Virus record (IMG/VR): IMGVR_UViG_3300031965_000034
Span: 1 to 57,819 of that record
Strand: one strand, 5' to 3'
DNA: 57,819 nt
DNA from: a virus
Taxonomy: Duplodnaviria; Caudoviricetes
Each line of letters starts with the position of its first letter. Positions within the stretch are counted from its first letter, which is position 1. Under the pieces are notes generated by a model. That model worked only from the letters and a program-made list of their open reading frames with translations, made no database searches and was not told the origin of the DNA. The position numbers were made by a program, and so were the translations under genes. This document shows, piece by piece, positions 27,650 through 36,984 of the stretch.

Positions 27650-28002
27650 CGCCCGTTGATCCGATCGACTTCGGCGCCACCGGCCTCGGTATAGGCGGGG
27701 ACGAACCCGACTTCCTCTAGGCGCTCGTCCAGCGAGTCCTCGTCCGGCGCCCACGCCATCTTCGTCGGGGCCTCAAGGACCCAACCGTCACGGTCGAAGT
27801 CGAAGTGGACGATGAGCGTATTGGCTGCCCGCACGTCGTCTAGGTCGATGCGAACGTATCGGGGCGCACGATTCCGATACAGATCGACGTGGGCGGCGCT
27901 CATCTCGTCCATCCCGACGGTGAACAGGCCGACACCCGCGGTCGCGAAGAAGGTCAACCCTGCGAGGGCCGCGAGCTCGCCGTGGGACAGGCGGCTACTC
28001 AT
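27646..28002 (-). CDS. Hypothetical protein
   Basis: DVRAA...FDFDRDGW motif. Confidence 0.7.
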   Translation of the reverse strand: MSSRLSHGELAALAGLTFFATAGVGLFTVGMDEMSAAHVDLYRNRAPRYVRIDLDDVRAANTLIVHFDFDRDGWVLEAPTKMAWAPDEDSLDERLEEVGFVPAYTEAGGAEVDRINGR

Positions 28003-28186
28003 GGGGCTCTCCCGGTGTCTCGGCCAGAACGGCGGCAGGATCAGGGTCGTTCTCGGCCGGACCGTAGATCAGGTCAGCCGCCTTCTGAGCCTCGGCCCAT
28101 AGGCGGGCGTCCTCCTCCTCGGACTGCGCCTCGAACGCGCTGATCTGGACCGATCGCATCCACAGGAACCGCTCGCGCTCATGCAT
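27995..28186 (-). CDS. Hypothetical protein ending in repeat C
   Basis: ...LAETPGEPHE. Confidence 0.6.
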   Translation of the reverse strand: MHERERFLWMRSVQISAFEAQSEEEDARLWAEAQKAADLIYGPAENDPDPAAVLAETPGEPHE

Positions 28187-28481
28187 CTGGCTCTCCCGGT
28201 GTCTTGGCCAGAGCGGCGCGGGCACGCTCAACGACGAGCGGATATGCCGGGGTCGGGCTATCGAACTCATCGAGCAGCGCCATCAGCGCCTCTCGGAGTC
28301 CGGGGGCGGCTGGGGGTGGGACGGGGGCCGGGGCTTTGTCGAGCGTCGCCAACCAGCGAGCTTCCCGGCACTCCGACATCGACACGGACGCAGCGCATGA
28401 CCACCCACATGGCTGGTGGTATGAGCGGAGATCGTCCAGTTGTTTGGCGCTCCACGGTTCAAATCGACGCTCGTCATTCAT
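28179..28481 (-). CDS. Hypothetical protein with repeats B and C
   Basis: ...PVPPPAAPGLREAL...LAKTPGEPDA. Confidence 0.65.
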   Translation of the reverse strand: MNDERRFEPWSAKQLDDLRSYHQPCGWSCAASVSMSECREARWLATLDKAPAPVPPPAAPGLREALMALLDEFDSPTPAYPLVVERARAALAKTPGEPDA

Positions 28482-29100
28482 GGGGCTCTCCCGGTGTCTC
28501 GGCCAGAGCGCGGACAAGGGCTTGGAGCGCGGCGGCGGGAGTCGAGCCGTAACCCGCAATCGCGATTGGCCGCGGACCCACCCACGCCTCGAAGGCATCG
28601 TCGGGACCGAGGTCGGGACGCTGTTCAAGATGCAGGACGCGCCCCAACGGCCGCGCCGCCTCAGCTTCTCGCCACGCCTCGTCGAGGGTCGGGAGTCCGG
28701 GGGCGGCTGGGGGTGGGACGGTCCCGGTCGCTTCGGCTCGAAGAACGGCGCGCAACTCAGCGTAGGCGAGGCGGCGATCCACGAGGCGATCCCGGTTGCC
28801 CGCCCTCGTCTTGCTGCCGCTGATGTTCCCGGCTGGTGTCGCGGCGACCGCCCGGGCTGCCCGGAGGAGGCGGTTCAGCCGGTCCTCGACGTGGCCGCGA
28901 AGGAGAATCGTGTCAACGGCCAGTTGCTCCGCCGCCAGCACGTCGGGTGGGAGGACACCGGCTGCTCCGCAATGTAGAGGACAGTCGAACGAGTGACCAT
29001 CGCGGACGAACTGAGCGTCACAGACCGGGCAGATGCCGAGGCTCGCCGCAATCAGAGCTGCGGTCCTCTCGGGCCTGTCTCGGGCTACGGGGTCGGTCAT
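28474..29100 (-). CDS. Mosaic protein with repeats A, B and C
   Basis: MTDPVARDRP-CPVC...-VPPPAAPGL-LDEAW...TPAAAL-LAETPGEPHE. Confidence 0.7.
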   Translation of the reverse strand: MTDPVARDRPERTAALIAASLGICPVCDAQFVRDGHSFDCPLHCGAAGVLPPDVLAAEQLAVDTILLRGHVEDRLNRLLRAARAVAATPAGNISGSKTRAGNRDRLVDRRLAYAELRAVLRAEATGTVPPPAAPGLPTLDEAWREAEAARPLGRVLHLEQRPDLGPDDAFEAWVGPRPIAIAGYGSTPAAALQALVRALAETPGEPHE

Positions 29101-29378
29101 CGGGATACCTCCAGAGCAGCGCGGAGGGCGGCGAAGTCCTCATCGCTGATCCACCAACCATCGGTTAGGGGTGCGGCCCGAAGGGCAACGATGTGGTCCG
29201 CCGCTTCCTCGATAGCCCGATACCGCGCTGCCTCGTCCGGGATGAGGTAGACAGAGCCGTCGGCGAGGATCAGAGTCGCTTCGCGTTTGTCGCGGTCTGG
29301 GCTGAAACCATGACTACCGTTGCGGCACAGAATGACGTGGAGCCTCTCGGCTAGTGCCTGTGTCCCGTCAGTCGCCAC
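29097..29378 (-). CDS. Hypothetical protein
   Basis: Coupled ORF; GTQALA N-terminus. Confidence 0.6.
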   Translation of the reverse strand: MATDGTQALAERLHVILCRNGSHGFSPDRDKREATLILADGSVYLIPDEAARYRAIEEAADHIVALRAAPLTDGWWISDEDFAALRAALEVSR

Positions 29379-29652
29379 GGTGAACCTCCCACGGACCGAC
29401 GCGACGCACTTGGACGGTCGGCCCTTCGATTACGGGCGGCATACAGGAGTAGAACGGGCCATCGGGCCCCCCGGACTGGTAGCCGTGGCCCTCATCGCAC
29501 ATCCAATGCAAGTCGTCGTCGGTCTCCCCCGCGACCCTCGCCGCCCTTCGTTCGGCTGCCGCAAGCGTCACGAATGTGACCCACTTCCGACGCCGTCCCT
29601 CGCGCTTCCAACCGACGCGGTACTCGGGGGCTAGTGCCTGTGTCCCGGTCAT
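29368..29652 (-). CDS. Hypothetical protein
   Basis: Coupled ORF; GTQALA N-terminus (19-bp repeat shared with next gene). Confidence 0.65.
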   Translation of the reverse strand: MTGTQALAPEYRVGWKREGRRRKWVTFVTLAAAERRAARVAGETDDDLHWMCDEGHGYQSGGPDGPFYSCMPPVIEGPTVQVRRVGPWEVHRGD

Positions 29653-29731
29653 GCTTCCACCCCTTCGTTGACTTCGGCGAGATACGCCCGGATGGCGGTT
29701 CGTTGTACCTTCGTCGGCGGTCCGAGATTGC

Positions 29732-30400
29732 TCATCCCTTGGTCCACGGCTGCGCGACAGCGATCTGGAAGGACCACATCTCGAGGACGTCGCCGCGGAG
29801 GTAGCGGAGTTCTAATCCGACCTTCCGGCCATGGCAGGTGTCGCACAGGGCAACCAGGTTCTCGGGCCGGTTGGCCTCGTCTGCCGTGTCGAACGTCCGC
29901 CACGGGATGATGTGGTCGACGGGAAGCCGCCTCAGGTTCTCAGCTTCCGTCTTGCCGCAGCGTCGGCAGCGGCGACCGTCACGTTCCCGGATGGACTCCG
30001 CGAGCTGCGGCCATCCTGGCCCTCGATATGAGGTCAGGTGACCGCCCCTATAGGACGGCCCGTCTGCGCCAGACTGCCGGATGCCGTTGCACCTGATGCT
30101 GCACGTCGGCGTGCCTTTGACGCGCGCCACGACCGCTCGAATCCGCCTGAACGACCGGCCACACACGGGACACGTCAGCTCCAAGAAGAGCGGTCGCCGT
30201 GCAGCCGCAGTTCGATAGCACGCCATCGAGCAATACTTGGCTGCCGATCTCGCTATCGCGGACGGCGGCGGCGCAAAACGGACACCGCACTCAACGCACT
30301 CTCGCATCCGCTTTGCCTTGGCGGGCTCGTGGTTGTGCCTCGTGCAAGCTGTCGCGCCCCAAGAGATCGGCTTGCTGCAAACCACGCACGCGCGGCTCAC
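29732..30400 (-). CDS. HNH endonuclease with zinc-finger repeats
   Basis: CxxC...YCS repeats; RERDGRRCRRCG...VDHIIP...NLVALCDTCH. Confidence 0.9.
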   Translation of the reverse strand: MSRACVVCSKPISWGATACTRHNHEPAKAKRMRECVECGVRFAPPPSAIARSAAKYCSMACYRTAAARRPLFLELTCPVCGRSFRRIRAVVARVKGTPTCSIRCNGIRQSGADGPSYRGGHLTSYRGPGWPQLAESIRERDGRRCRRCGKTEAENLRRLPVDHIIPWRTFDTADEANRPENLVALCDTCHGRKVGLELRYLRGDVLEMWSFQIAVAQPWTKG

Positions 30401-30834
30401 GCCTTCTTGCCCTCCGCCGCTGTCCGCCTCTCGGCCAGTTCATCGGGCGTCATCTCCCGCATCGGCTGGCCCCCGCCGTGCTCGTGTGGTTCGACGATCC
30501 GGCAGCCGACCATCTCGCAGCGGTAGTAGACCCAGAATGACGCCATCAGCTCCAGGGTCTCGGGATCGACAGGTGCCTCGATGGGCGCTCCGCTCGGCTT
30601 GGACGGCACATGCGCCTTGGCGTCGAGGTCGGCCAGCGCGTACCGACCGTGAGCGTCGAGACGGAGCAACAGGTCGTCGGCGCACTCGATGCGGTGGCCG
30701 TCACTCGGCTCGCGCCACTCAGATGAGAAGCGGTTGTTGCGGTAGCTCATCAGAGCCTCGCGGAGGACGAGCGCCTCGGATGGGTTGATTGCGAGTTTCA
30801 CCACAGCCTCCCGGTCTCGGAACCTTTTGAGCAT
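30397..30834 (-). CDS. Hypothetical protein
   Basis: Coupled ORF; exact start uncertain. Confidence 0.55.
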   Translation of the reverse strand: MLKRFRDREAVVKLAINPSEALVLREALMSYRNNRFSSEWREPSDGHRIECADDLLLRLDAHGRYALADLDAKAHVPSKPSGAPIEAPVDPETLELMASFWVYYRCEMVGCRIVEPHEHGGGQPMREMTPDELAERRTAAEGKKA

Positions 30835-31340
30835 GTCGCGCAGATTCCAGAAATGCCCGTCTCACAGAGGTTGACGTTCCATCCCATCAGGACGGAAGGG
30901 TGTGACGCAGCGGCCTGTCGGCGGTTCGGACGAAGGACGCCGAACTTGACGCGGCCCCGGATGAACAGGATCGAATCGGCCGTCTCTGCGGTCTGTTGAA
31001 AGACTTTGGTGTCTGTGTGGGCGGGCATGAGCAGGACGACGTAGCTCCCGGCCGCGCCCGCCTCGATGCAGCGGAGGACCCAGCGTTCGCGGGCCTTGCC
31101 GTAGGGCGGGTTCACGAAGATGGTGGCCGCGTCCCACGGCTCCGCCGCGCCGTCGACCGGCGGCGCATAGAAACGATCGGCGTCAGTCGGGTTATCCGGT
31201 TCCGTGCAGGGGTCGAGTTCGATCCCGCCAAGAATGTATTTGATTGGCTCCAAGATGTAGGGTGGTGTCAGTTGCACCTGTCGCGGATCGGCCTCGTCTC
31301 GATACCGGAGCGCATTGCTAAACCGCGATGCGGCGCTCAC
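30798..31340 (-). CDS. Phage N6-adenine DNA methyltransferase (Dam_phage-like)
   Basis: LTPP...IELDPC...FVNPPYG...PAHTDT...GRVKF. Confidence 0.88.
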   Translation of the reverse strand: MSAASRFSNALRYRDEADPRQVQLTPPYILEPIKYILGGIELDPCTEPDNPTDADRFYAPPVDGAAEPWDAATIFVNPPYGKARERWVLRCIEAGAAGSYVVLLMPAHTDTKVFQQTAETADSILFIRGRVKFGVLRPNRRQAAASHPSVLMGWNVNLCETGISGICATCSKGSETGRLW

Positions 31341-31525
31341 CGGACGCCCATTCGGAGATCGGTCTTGACGTGCTCCAACGTGCAAAGATGGAGCGCCGTG
31401 GGCATGTGGGGCTGGCCCCAGACGTCCCGGCAGACGTGCTCGGGGTCGAGCCGGTTGAGGATGCAGCGCTTGTCACGAGCGAAGACCTCGGCTCGGACTT
31501 CGGAGGTGACGCGGTCCCGGCTCAT
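31337..31525 (-). pseudogene. Truncated HNH-like ORF
   Basis: VRAEVFARDKRC...TLEHVK, stopping before the N/CxxH half. Confidence 0.45.
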
Positions 31526-32388
31526 GCCACGACCTCGACCTTCGGACGCGGGCCGTAGAGGGCTTCGTCCCATTCACCCGTGAAGCGATAGCGTTCGATG
31601 GCCCGGGCCATCACCTGGGTCTGGATTTTCTCTCGGCGCTTCTCTCCGGCGTGACCCGCCTCGGCCTTGCGAGCCTCGGCCTCGAGCCGACCGTTGACCC
31701 GTGAGAGGAGCGTGCCGGGGTTGGCGTCCTTGGCGTGCTCCTCCCGGAGGGCCTTGGCGGCAGGGGCAAGGCCGAACGTCGATTCGATGCGGTCGAGCCA
31801 GTCGAGGGCGGCGGGCTTGACGGTCGCGGCTTTCGTCAGGCCGCGGTAGAGCGCCCACAGGTCGTCGTCGGTTTCCTTCCCCGGACCCCTACCTTCCGTG
31901 GAAGGGAGTTGATTAGAGTTGATAGGAGTAGAAGGCTGGACCAGCTTCCCCAGCGGGTCCAGCGCGCTGGACGTGAATTCGTGTTCAGGGTCCAGCGGAG
32001 TACCAGCGTCATCCAGCGGGCCCAGCGTGCTGGTATCGCTGGGCAGCAGCCGGCCCTTATCGTCCCTCTTCCCCTGAGCGGCGCGGGCCTGACCGGCGAT
32101 GACCTGGGGGCTCTTGGGTGCCCACGCATCGAAGGGCTCGGGGCGGAACCCGTCATCGATGAGGAGCCCGACTGCGAGGAGGTCGGGCAGGAACCGGGAG
32201 CCGGTCTCGGTATCGAGGTCGAGTTCGGGACGACCGTTCCTCCGGGCGGCGGCGAGGGCGATCCAGTACGCCCCGACGGCGCTGTTGAAGTCGTCGGGAT
32301 CGGGCAGACGCCGGGCGAGCTTACGGAACTTGCCGTCCGAGAGGAAGGCGGTATCGCCGAGGAAGAAGCCGGCGGGTCGACGCGGCAT
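31522..32388 (-). CDS. Putative replication initiator protein
   Basis: N-terminal D..F..D.KFRKL domain, disordered linker, helical C-domain; position in early operon. Confidence 0.55.
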   Translation of the reverse strand: MPRRPAGFFLGDTAFLSDGKFRKLARRLPDPDDFNSAVGAYWIALAAARRNGRPELDLDTETGSRFLPDLLAVGLLIDDGFRPEPFDAWAPKSPQVIAGQARAAQGKRDDKGRLLPSDTSTLGPLDDAGTPLDPEHEFTSSALDPLGKLVQPSTPINSNQLPSTEGRGPGKETDDDLWALYRGLTKAATVKPAALDWLDRIESTFGLAPAAKALREEHAKDANPGTLLSRVNGRLEAEARKAEAGHAGEKRREKIQTQVMARAIERYRFTGEWDEALYGPRPKVEVVA

Positions 32389-32669
32389 CAGCCGGCCCTC
32401 GCCGCGTCCAGCATTTCCGCCAACTCCTGAGACCGTCGCCAGCGCCAGCGTCTGGCCGCCAGACGATTACGCTCCCGCCTTCCAAGCGGCGTCTTCGGCA
32501 GGCGCACGGGCTCACCGGGCTCACCGTTGCACCTGCCCTGCGCCCGCATCGCCTCGGCCCACGCGAGCGGGCAGTCCTGGCAGGGCGTCGTCGCGGGGTT
32601 GCTCGTGACGAGTGCGTTCATGGCGTGCCAGCCGGCGAGCTCGTCCGGGGTCATGCAGAGCGGGATCAC
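32388..32669 (-). CDS. Cys-containing hypothetical protein
   Basis: PLCM...PCQDC...GRCNG. Confidence 0.65.
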   Translation of the reverse strand: MIPLCMTPDELAGWHAMNALVTSNPATTPCQDCPLAWAEAMRAQGRCNGEPGEPVRLPKTPLGRRERNRLAARRWRWRRSQELAEMLDAARAG

Positions 32670-33235
32670 AGCGAGAGGGCCATCTGCGCGGGCGTCTCAC
32701 GCAGCACGCGCCAGTTCCGGCCTGAGCAAAGGTGGCTGATCGTGGCGCGGCAGACTCCGAACAGGTCCGCGATCGCTTGGATCGTCAGTCCTTGTGATCG
32801 GAGCGCTAACGCCAGTCGTGCTTGGTCCTCGGTCAACTTGGCCGAGGGTGCGGAGGCCCCGGCTTGAATGCGGCGACGGGCCTTCGCATCGTTCGTGTTG
32901 TCCTGGTAGGTCCCGAGGAGTAGATGATCCGGTCGGACACAGGGCGGGTTGTCGCACTTGTGGCGAACGATCAACCCATCTGGAATCTGTCCGTGCGTCA
33001 GGATCCACGCGACACGGTGGGATGACTCCTGTCGTCCTCGGCACTTGACGCGCCCATATCCAGCACCAGACCCGTAGATCCAGCACCCAGCACCGCGCTT
33101 GACCCTTGACCAGAAACGCTCGGACTCGGACGGTCCGGTGGGCTTGTCAGTCGACCCGAACCGACGCAGTCGATACAGATGCATGCCGCAGAACCCATGC
33201 GCCGAATGCGGACGCTCGCAGAGCGAGCAAGTCAT
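32666..33235 (-). CDS. HNH homing endonuclease (HNH_3) with C-terminal HTH
   Basis: SHRVAW...VRHKCDNPPCVRPDHLLLGTYQDN; AKLTE HTH. Confidence 0.92.
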   Translation of the reverse strand: MTCSLCERPHSAHGFCGMHLYRLRRFGSTDKPTGPSESERFWSRVKRGAGCWIYGSGAGYGRVKCRGRQESSHRVAWILTHGQIPDGLIVRHKCDNPPCVRPDHLLLGTYQDNTNDAKARRRIQAGASAPSAKLTEDQARLALALRSQGLTIQAIADLFGVCRATISHLCSGRNWRVLRETPAQMALSL

Positions 33236-33432
33236 CGCAGCACCGCCGCATCCCTGACCACGCGATACCGGGCCGGCCTACCCGACGCCTCGATGACGTA
33301 GCCCGCCGCCCGGAGGTCGCTGATCCGCGCTCGCGGGTTCGACACGAAGGGGTACAGGCCGTAGGTCAGGTCGAGCATGGTGCAGTCGGGGTGTGAGCGG
33401 ATGTAGTCGAGGACCCGTTCGGCTTGAGTCAC
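33232..33432 (-). CDS. Small winged-helix DNA-binding protein
   Basis: TQAERVLDYI...RARISDLRAAGYVI. Confidence 0.75.
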   Translation of the reverse strand: MTQAERVLDYIRSHPDCTMLDLTYGLYPFVSNPRARISDLRAAGYVIEASGRPARYRVVRDAAVLR

Positions 33433-33821
33433 AGCGAATACCTCCGTCGCCGTGCCCAGGGAACGAGGTGGGGTTTCGGGCAAGCGTGCCAGCCCCATCG
33501 TTCGATGCAGCACGCCGAGCAACCCAGATGACGCTTTGGCCCGAGGATCGGCGCTGAGAGCGCCCGCAACTCATCCGGGAGTCCGGGGGCGGCTGGGGGT
33601 GGGACGGGGGCGAGGATGGCGGGGTCCCATTGCTCACGGAGCTCCGCCACTCCAAGCCTCGGATGCACGAATGGTGGCCTCTCCTCAGCGGAATGGGCTT
33701 GCCGCTGCCGGTGATACACCACCAGTGCCTCATGCTCCGCAGTCGTGAGAGTGCAGATGCCGCCCCGGTTGTGAGTCATCGCTTCTGCGAGCTTCTCAGC
33801 AACCTCGCGCCACCCGATCAC
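33429..33821 (-). CDS. Hypothetical protein with repeat B
   Basis: PVPPPAAPGL followed by a Cys-rich segment. Confidence 0.55.
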   Translation of the reverse strand: MIGWREVAEKLAEAMTHNRGGICTLTTAEHEALVVYHRQRQAHSAEERPPFVHPRLGVAELREQWDPAILAPVPPPAAPGLPDELRALSAPILGPKRHLGCSACCIERWGWHACPKPHLVPWARRRRYSL

Positions 33822-34888
33822 CGGAGCGCCCCATCCAGCTCGGCCTCTGTCGCCTCATCAAACATCGGGACGGACGGAGCCGGGGGTACTGCGGCCGGCT
33901 CCTCTGACGGGACTCCCGCCGCGTCGGGTGAAGGGCCAGCCCCGTGTGTCTCGGCTGGCAGCTTGTAGTCGTGCGTCTCGAAGTGGTCGACCCGCATCCG
34001 GTGGAACGTCGCTCGGCCCGCCTGCCGGACGGCGTAGACCTTGCCTCCGACGCGGCACCACTGGCCCTTGAGCGCGAGGGGGTCGGGCGTGGCAATGAGG
34101 ATCGCCGCCGCAAGGTCGCCATCCACGAAGACCTGGGGGAGGTTCCCCTTGGCCGTTTCGAGGGCGAACCCGAACCACGGCCCGTCAGGGGCCTGCCGCA
34201 CATCGAGCTTTGTGGGTGCCCCTGACGACGCAGGACTGACCCGGACCGTGCCCTCGCGGGTCTGGATGCCAAGCAGCTCCTCGACCTCACCCTTCGGCTC
34301 GCCGGCGGGAGGGGCATCGTTGCCCGGCATCTCATCGGCGGGCGTGGGCTCGTACCCGGCCAGCGCCATGATCCACGAGTATTGCTGGCGGAAAGCCCGT
34401 GACGTGGCGCGGGTCACGGCCATCGAGCGCTTCATGTGATCCGGGCGGGCCGTCCATTCGCCATCGCCGGGTCCCCCGGCCAGCGCCGACCCGCGCCCGA
34501 TGATGAGCCCGTCCGAGAGGCGGATCAGCTCGACCGTGGCCTCGTATGCCCCGTTGTCCAGCGCCACGATCCCGTCCGGGACCTCCCGACAGACGACGTT
34601 GTCCATCCGAGCGATCGTCATCCAGGCTTCGACGTGCGGGTACTTCTTGCCCCGGATCGTCGTGAACAGGGCGCGCTTCTCGACGATGTCAGACAGGGCG
34701 TTCGCCATCCGGGTCGCCATCGCCACCATGTCCTCGGGCGTCGGCATTGCTGTCAGGCGATCGGGCTCCCGGATCACGAGGGCTCGCGGTTCGTCGTCGA
34801 GCGGCCCGTCGATGTCGAGGACCGTCCCGTCAGGATCCACGGTGATCGTGGTCGGCCCCTCGTCCGTCGCTGTTCGTCTCGGCGTCAT
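33818..34888 (-). CDS. Putative ssDNA-annealing protein (RecT/Red-beta/Rad52 superfamily)
   Basis: KYPHVEAW...SMAVTRATSRAFR...TPADEM; C-terminal OB-like region. Confidence 0.6.
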   Translation of the reverse strand: MTPRRTATDEGPTTITVDPDGTVLDIDGPLDDEPRALVIREPDRLTAMPTPEDMVAMATRMANALSDIVEKRALFTTIRGKKYPHVEAWMTIARMDNVVCREVPDGIVALDNGAYEATVELIRLSDGLIIGRGSALAGGPGDGEWTARPDHMKRSMAVTRATSRAFRQQYSWIMALAGYEPTPADEMPGNDAPPAGEPKGEVEELLGIQTREGTVRVSPASSGAPTKLDVRQAPDGPWFGFALETAKGNLPQVFVDGDLAAAILIATPDPLALKGQWCRVGGKVYAVRQAGRATFHRMRVDHFETHDYKLPAETHGAGPSPDAAGVPSEEPAAVPPAPSVPMFDEATEAELDGALR

Positions 34889-35121
34889 GCTTCCCCCGTA
34901 TGTCGTGCGGCGATCTCGTCGTCGCGGAACTGCTCAGCGTCGATGTGGCGTCCCGAAAGCTGTACGTCGAACTCCGCCACGAGGTGGCCCCCGAAGTCGA
35001 AGTAGCCGTAGACGAGCCGAACGGGGTCGCCCTCGACGCCCGCGCCTCGCTTGAACGTGACCCGGACCAGCTGCACGACCTCGGCCTTCGGGGTCGCATT
35101 GCACAAGCGGTGGTCAGTCAT
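34885..35121 (-). CDS. Hypothetical protein
   Basis: RGAGVEGDPVR...YFDFGG.LVAE motif. Confidence 0.7.
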   Translation of the reverse strand: MTDHRLCNATPKAEVVQLVRVTFKRGAGVEGDPVRLVYGYFDFGGHLVAEFDVQLSGRHIDAEQFRDDEIAARHTGEA

Positions 35122-35885
35122 CGCCGCGCCTCTCGTTGCTCGTCGCGGTACTGCTCAAAGCGCCGGTCCTCTTCGATGGCGGCGGCGTCCTGTTCGTCGT
35201 ACTTGACGGCCATGAGTTCGGCGAGGCGGCCTTGGTAGACCAACTCGGCCTCGGCCGGCGACCAGCCGACGATCGCTACCGGCAGCGGCTCGACGATGCC
35301 GTCCTGCGCCCAAACGCCGGCATTCGACATGAGCGCGTTGCGCTCGGTGAGAATGATTCGGTTGTCGGCCTCTTTGACCTCAGCCGGCAGGTCGCCGGCG
35401 ACGTGAAAGCGGAGGCAGATCGCGTTCCACACCGCATCCTCGATGGAGCGGTACTCGGGGAGGTATCGCTTGAGCGGCCGCGGCACGTCGACGACATACG
35501 CCTCGGTCGCGTCGTGCAGCAGGGCGGCCAGCGCGTTCTCGGGCGCGACCCACTCGGACATGAGGACGCAGTGCTCGGCCACGGAATAGAACCGATCGAG
35601 ATGCCCGCCGTACCGACACAGGAGCGAGAGGGCGTGGGCGATATCAGCCGGGTCGACCTCCTCCGGTCGCGGGTCCATCGGGTAGAACCGGCGGCCGGTG
35701 AACGTCTGCATCCAATCGCCGCGCGTCTGTTCCTCGCGTTCCCGGACGACCCGCTCCCAATCCGCCAGCTCATACGAGAGGTCCGCGGCGTCCTCGCCCG
35801 AGGCGTATCGCAAGCTCTTGCGGATCTGCTCCACGACATGGCGGGCTTCTTCGAGGGTGGCGGTGGCGGGGTTGTGGTAGGTCAT
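35118..35885 (-). CDS. HD-domain 5'-deoxynucleotidase (YfbR-like)
   Basis: [30 protein letters not shown]. Confidence 0.88.
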   Translation of the reverse strand: MTYHNPATATLEEARHVVEQIRKSLRYASGEDAADLSYELADWERVVREREEQTRGDWMQTFTGRRFYPMDPRPEEVDPADIAHALSLLCRYGGHLDRFYSVAEHCVLMSEWVAPENALAALLHDATEAYVVDVPRPLKRYLPEYRSIEDAVWNAICLRFHVAGDLPAEVKEADNRIILTERNALMSNAGVWAQDGIVEPLPVAIVGWSPAEAELVYQGRLAELMAVKYDEQDAAAIEEDRRFEQYRDEQREARR

Positions 35886-36193
35886 CGGACCGGCCCTCGC
35901 TCCCAACAGGGCACGTCCTCATCCGTTCGCGGATCGTGCTCGACGACGAACGCCCAGCCGCGACGCTCCAACATCCCGGCCAGTCGTGACGAGTAGACAG
36001 ACGCGAACACGATCCGGCGGTCGGTCGGCAGGCTGTCAAGCCATCGGCCTACGTCACCCTTGCCGGGACGCTCCGCCTGAACGATCGGGATATAGAGCCC
36101 GTCCGGGGTTTCGACGCTGTAGCCGAATACGCCAGGGCCGAGCGCCAGAGCGCCCTTGCGCATGTCAATGACGATTCCTTCGTCGAGCGTCAC
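35882..36193 (-). CDS. Hypothetical protein, possible minimal GNAT-like fold
   Basis: PGKGDV...LAGMLERRGW. Confidence 0.5.
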   Translation of the reverse strand: MTLDEGIVIDMRKGALALGPGVFGYSVETPDGLYIPIVQAERPGKGDVGRWLDSLPTDRRIVFASVYSSRLAGMLERRGWAFVVEHDPRTDEDVPCWERGPVR

Positions 36194-36396
36194 TTCCCGA
36201 AGGCCACAACTTTCTCGCCCTCGCTCATCTCCGCGACGTTGGCGAACAACAGCAGCCGGTCCAGCTCATCGAGGCGGACGCGGTACTCGGCCGCGAGGTC
36301 CGTCCAGCCGTGTTCCTCGTACATCTCCACGCAGCGGACGAGGTGGGCGCGGCGCTCGTCGGCCGCTGACTCCAGGCGCGTGGCGGTGGTGGTCAT
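36190..36396 (-). CDS. Hypothetical protein
   Basis: ATGA-coupled; helical. Confidence 0.6.
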   Translation of the reverse strand: MTTTATRLESAADERRAHLVRCVEMYEEHGWTDLAAEYRVRLDELDRLLLFANVAEMSEGEKVVAFGK

Positions 36397-36656
36397 GCGG
36401 GGACCGCTTCCTCGTCCGCCGGGTCGGTCTCGGTGGGGACGTACTCGCGCGCGGCGGTCAGGACGGTAATGAGGCGGTCGCACGCATCCTTCCGAGAATC
36501 CTCGTCAAAGCCGAGCCGGACATAGACGTTCGACCCGAAGAACTCCCCGATGCGGAGCCCGCAGCCGGAGCCGTATTCGTACAGGGCGATCTTGGTTCGC
36601 GGGTAGGCGTTGACTTCGACGCTGATGCGTGCGCCGGCGGTCGTTTCTGCGGTCAT
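36393..36656 (-). CDS. Hypothetical protein
   Basis: GAGGGG RBS. Confidence 0.65.
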   Translation of the reverse strand: MTAETTAGARISVEVNAYPRTKIALYEYGSGCGLRIGEFFGSNVYVRLGFDEDSRKDACDRLITVLTAAREYVPTETDPADEEAVPA

Positions 36657-36713
36657 CTACTTCCCCTCTGATACGGGGGCCGGCCGGACCTCCTCGCCCG
36701 ACCGGCGCCCCTG

Positions 36714-36866
36714 CTAGCCCGCCCGTGAGCGGGTCTGACTCCCCGGCGGTGTCGGGATGGCGTAGTGGTGGTCGTTCCGGGGGTTCGTCAGGTGACCCCA
36801 CACGACGACGGTGCCGACGAAGCGTTGGGCGATCTCGCGGCCACAGATGCGGCAGGTGGAGGTCAT
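36714..36866 (-). CDS. Small zinc-binding protein
   Basis: Read by hand: MTSTCRICGREI...WGH...HHYA. Confidence 0.5.
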   Translation of the reverse strand: MTSTCRICGREIAQRFVGTVVVWGHLTNPRNDHHYAIPTPPGSQTRSRAG

Positions 36867-36984
36867 CGCCCGTTCCGCCTCTGAGCGTCGCGCCGCTCCC
36901 GTGGCACAAGGCGCTGGGCAACCCGGAGTACGGCGAGGGTCACGGCCCCGACGAAGACGACCGCGACGATCCAGGACTCGCCGA

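Larger units (their letters stand above)
27314..28510. repeat. Repeat C, four copies of GGCTCTCCCGGTGTCTYGGCCAGA (encodes LA(E/K)TPGEP plus the next RBS)
   Basis: Copies near 27314, 28003, 28189 and 28482. Confidence 0.9.
26313..29100. repeat. Repeat A, three copies encoding the N-terminal MTDPVA(RDRP) module
   Basis: Copies near 26313-26332, 27611-27640 and 29071-29100. Confidence 0.85.
26114..33611. repeat. Repeat B, four copies of GAGTCCGGGGGCGGCTGGG(GGTGGGACGG) (encodes PVPPPAAPGL linker)
   Basis: Copies near 26114 (partial), 28295, 28692 and 33577. Confidence 0.9.

Noticed and set aside
27314-28721. CRISPR-like repeat-spacer array
   Set aside because: Spacing is irregular (about 190-690 bp), the repeats are coding and in frame, and no cas genes were seen
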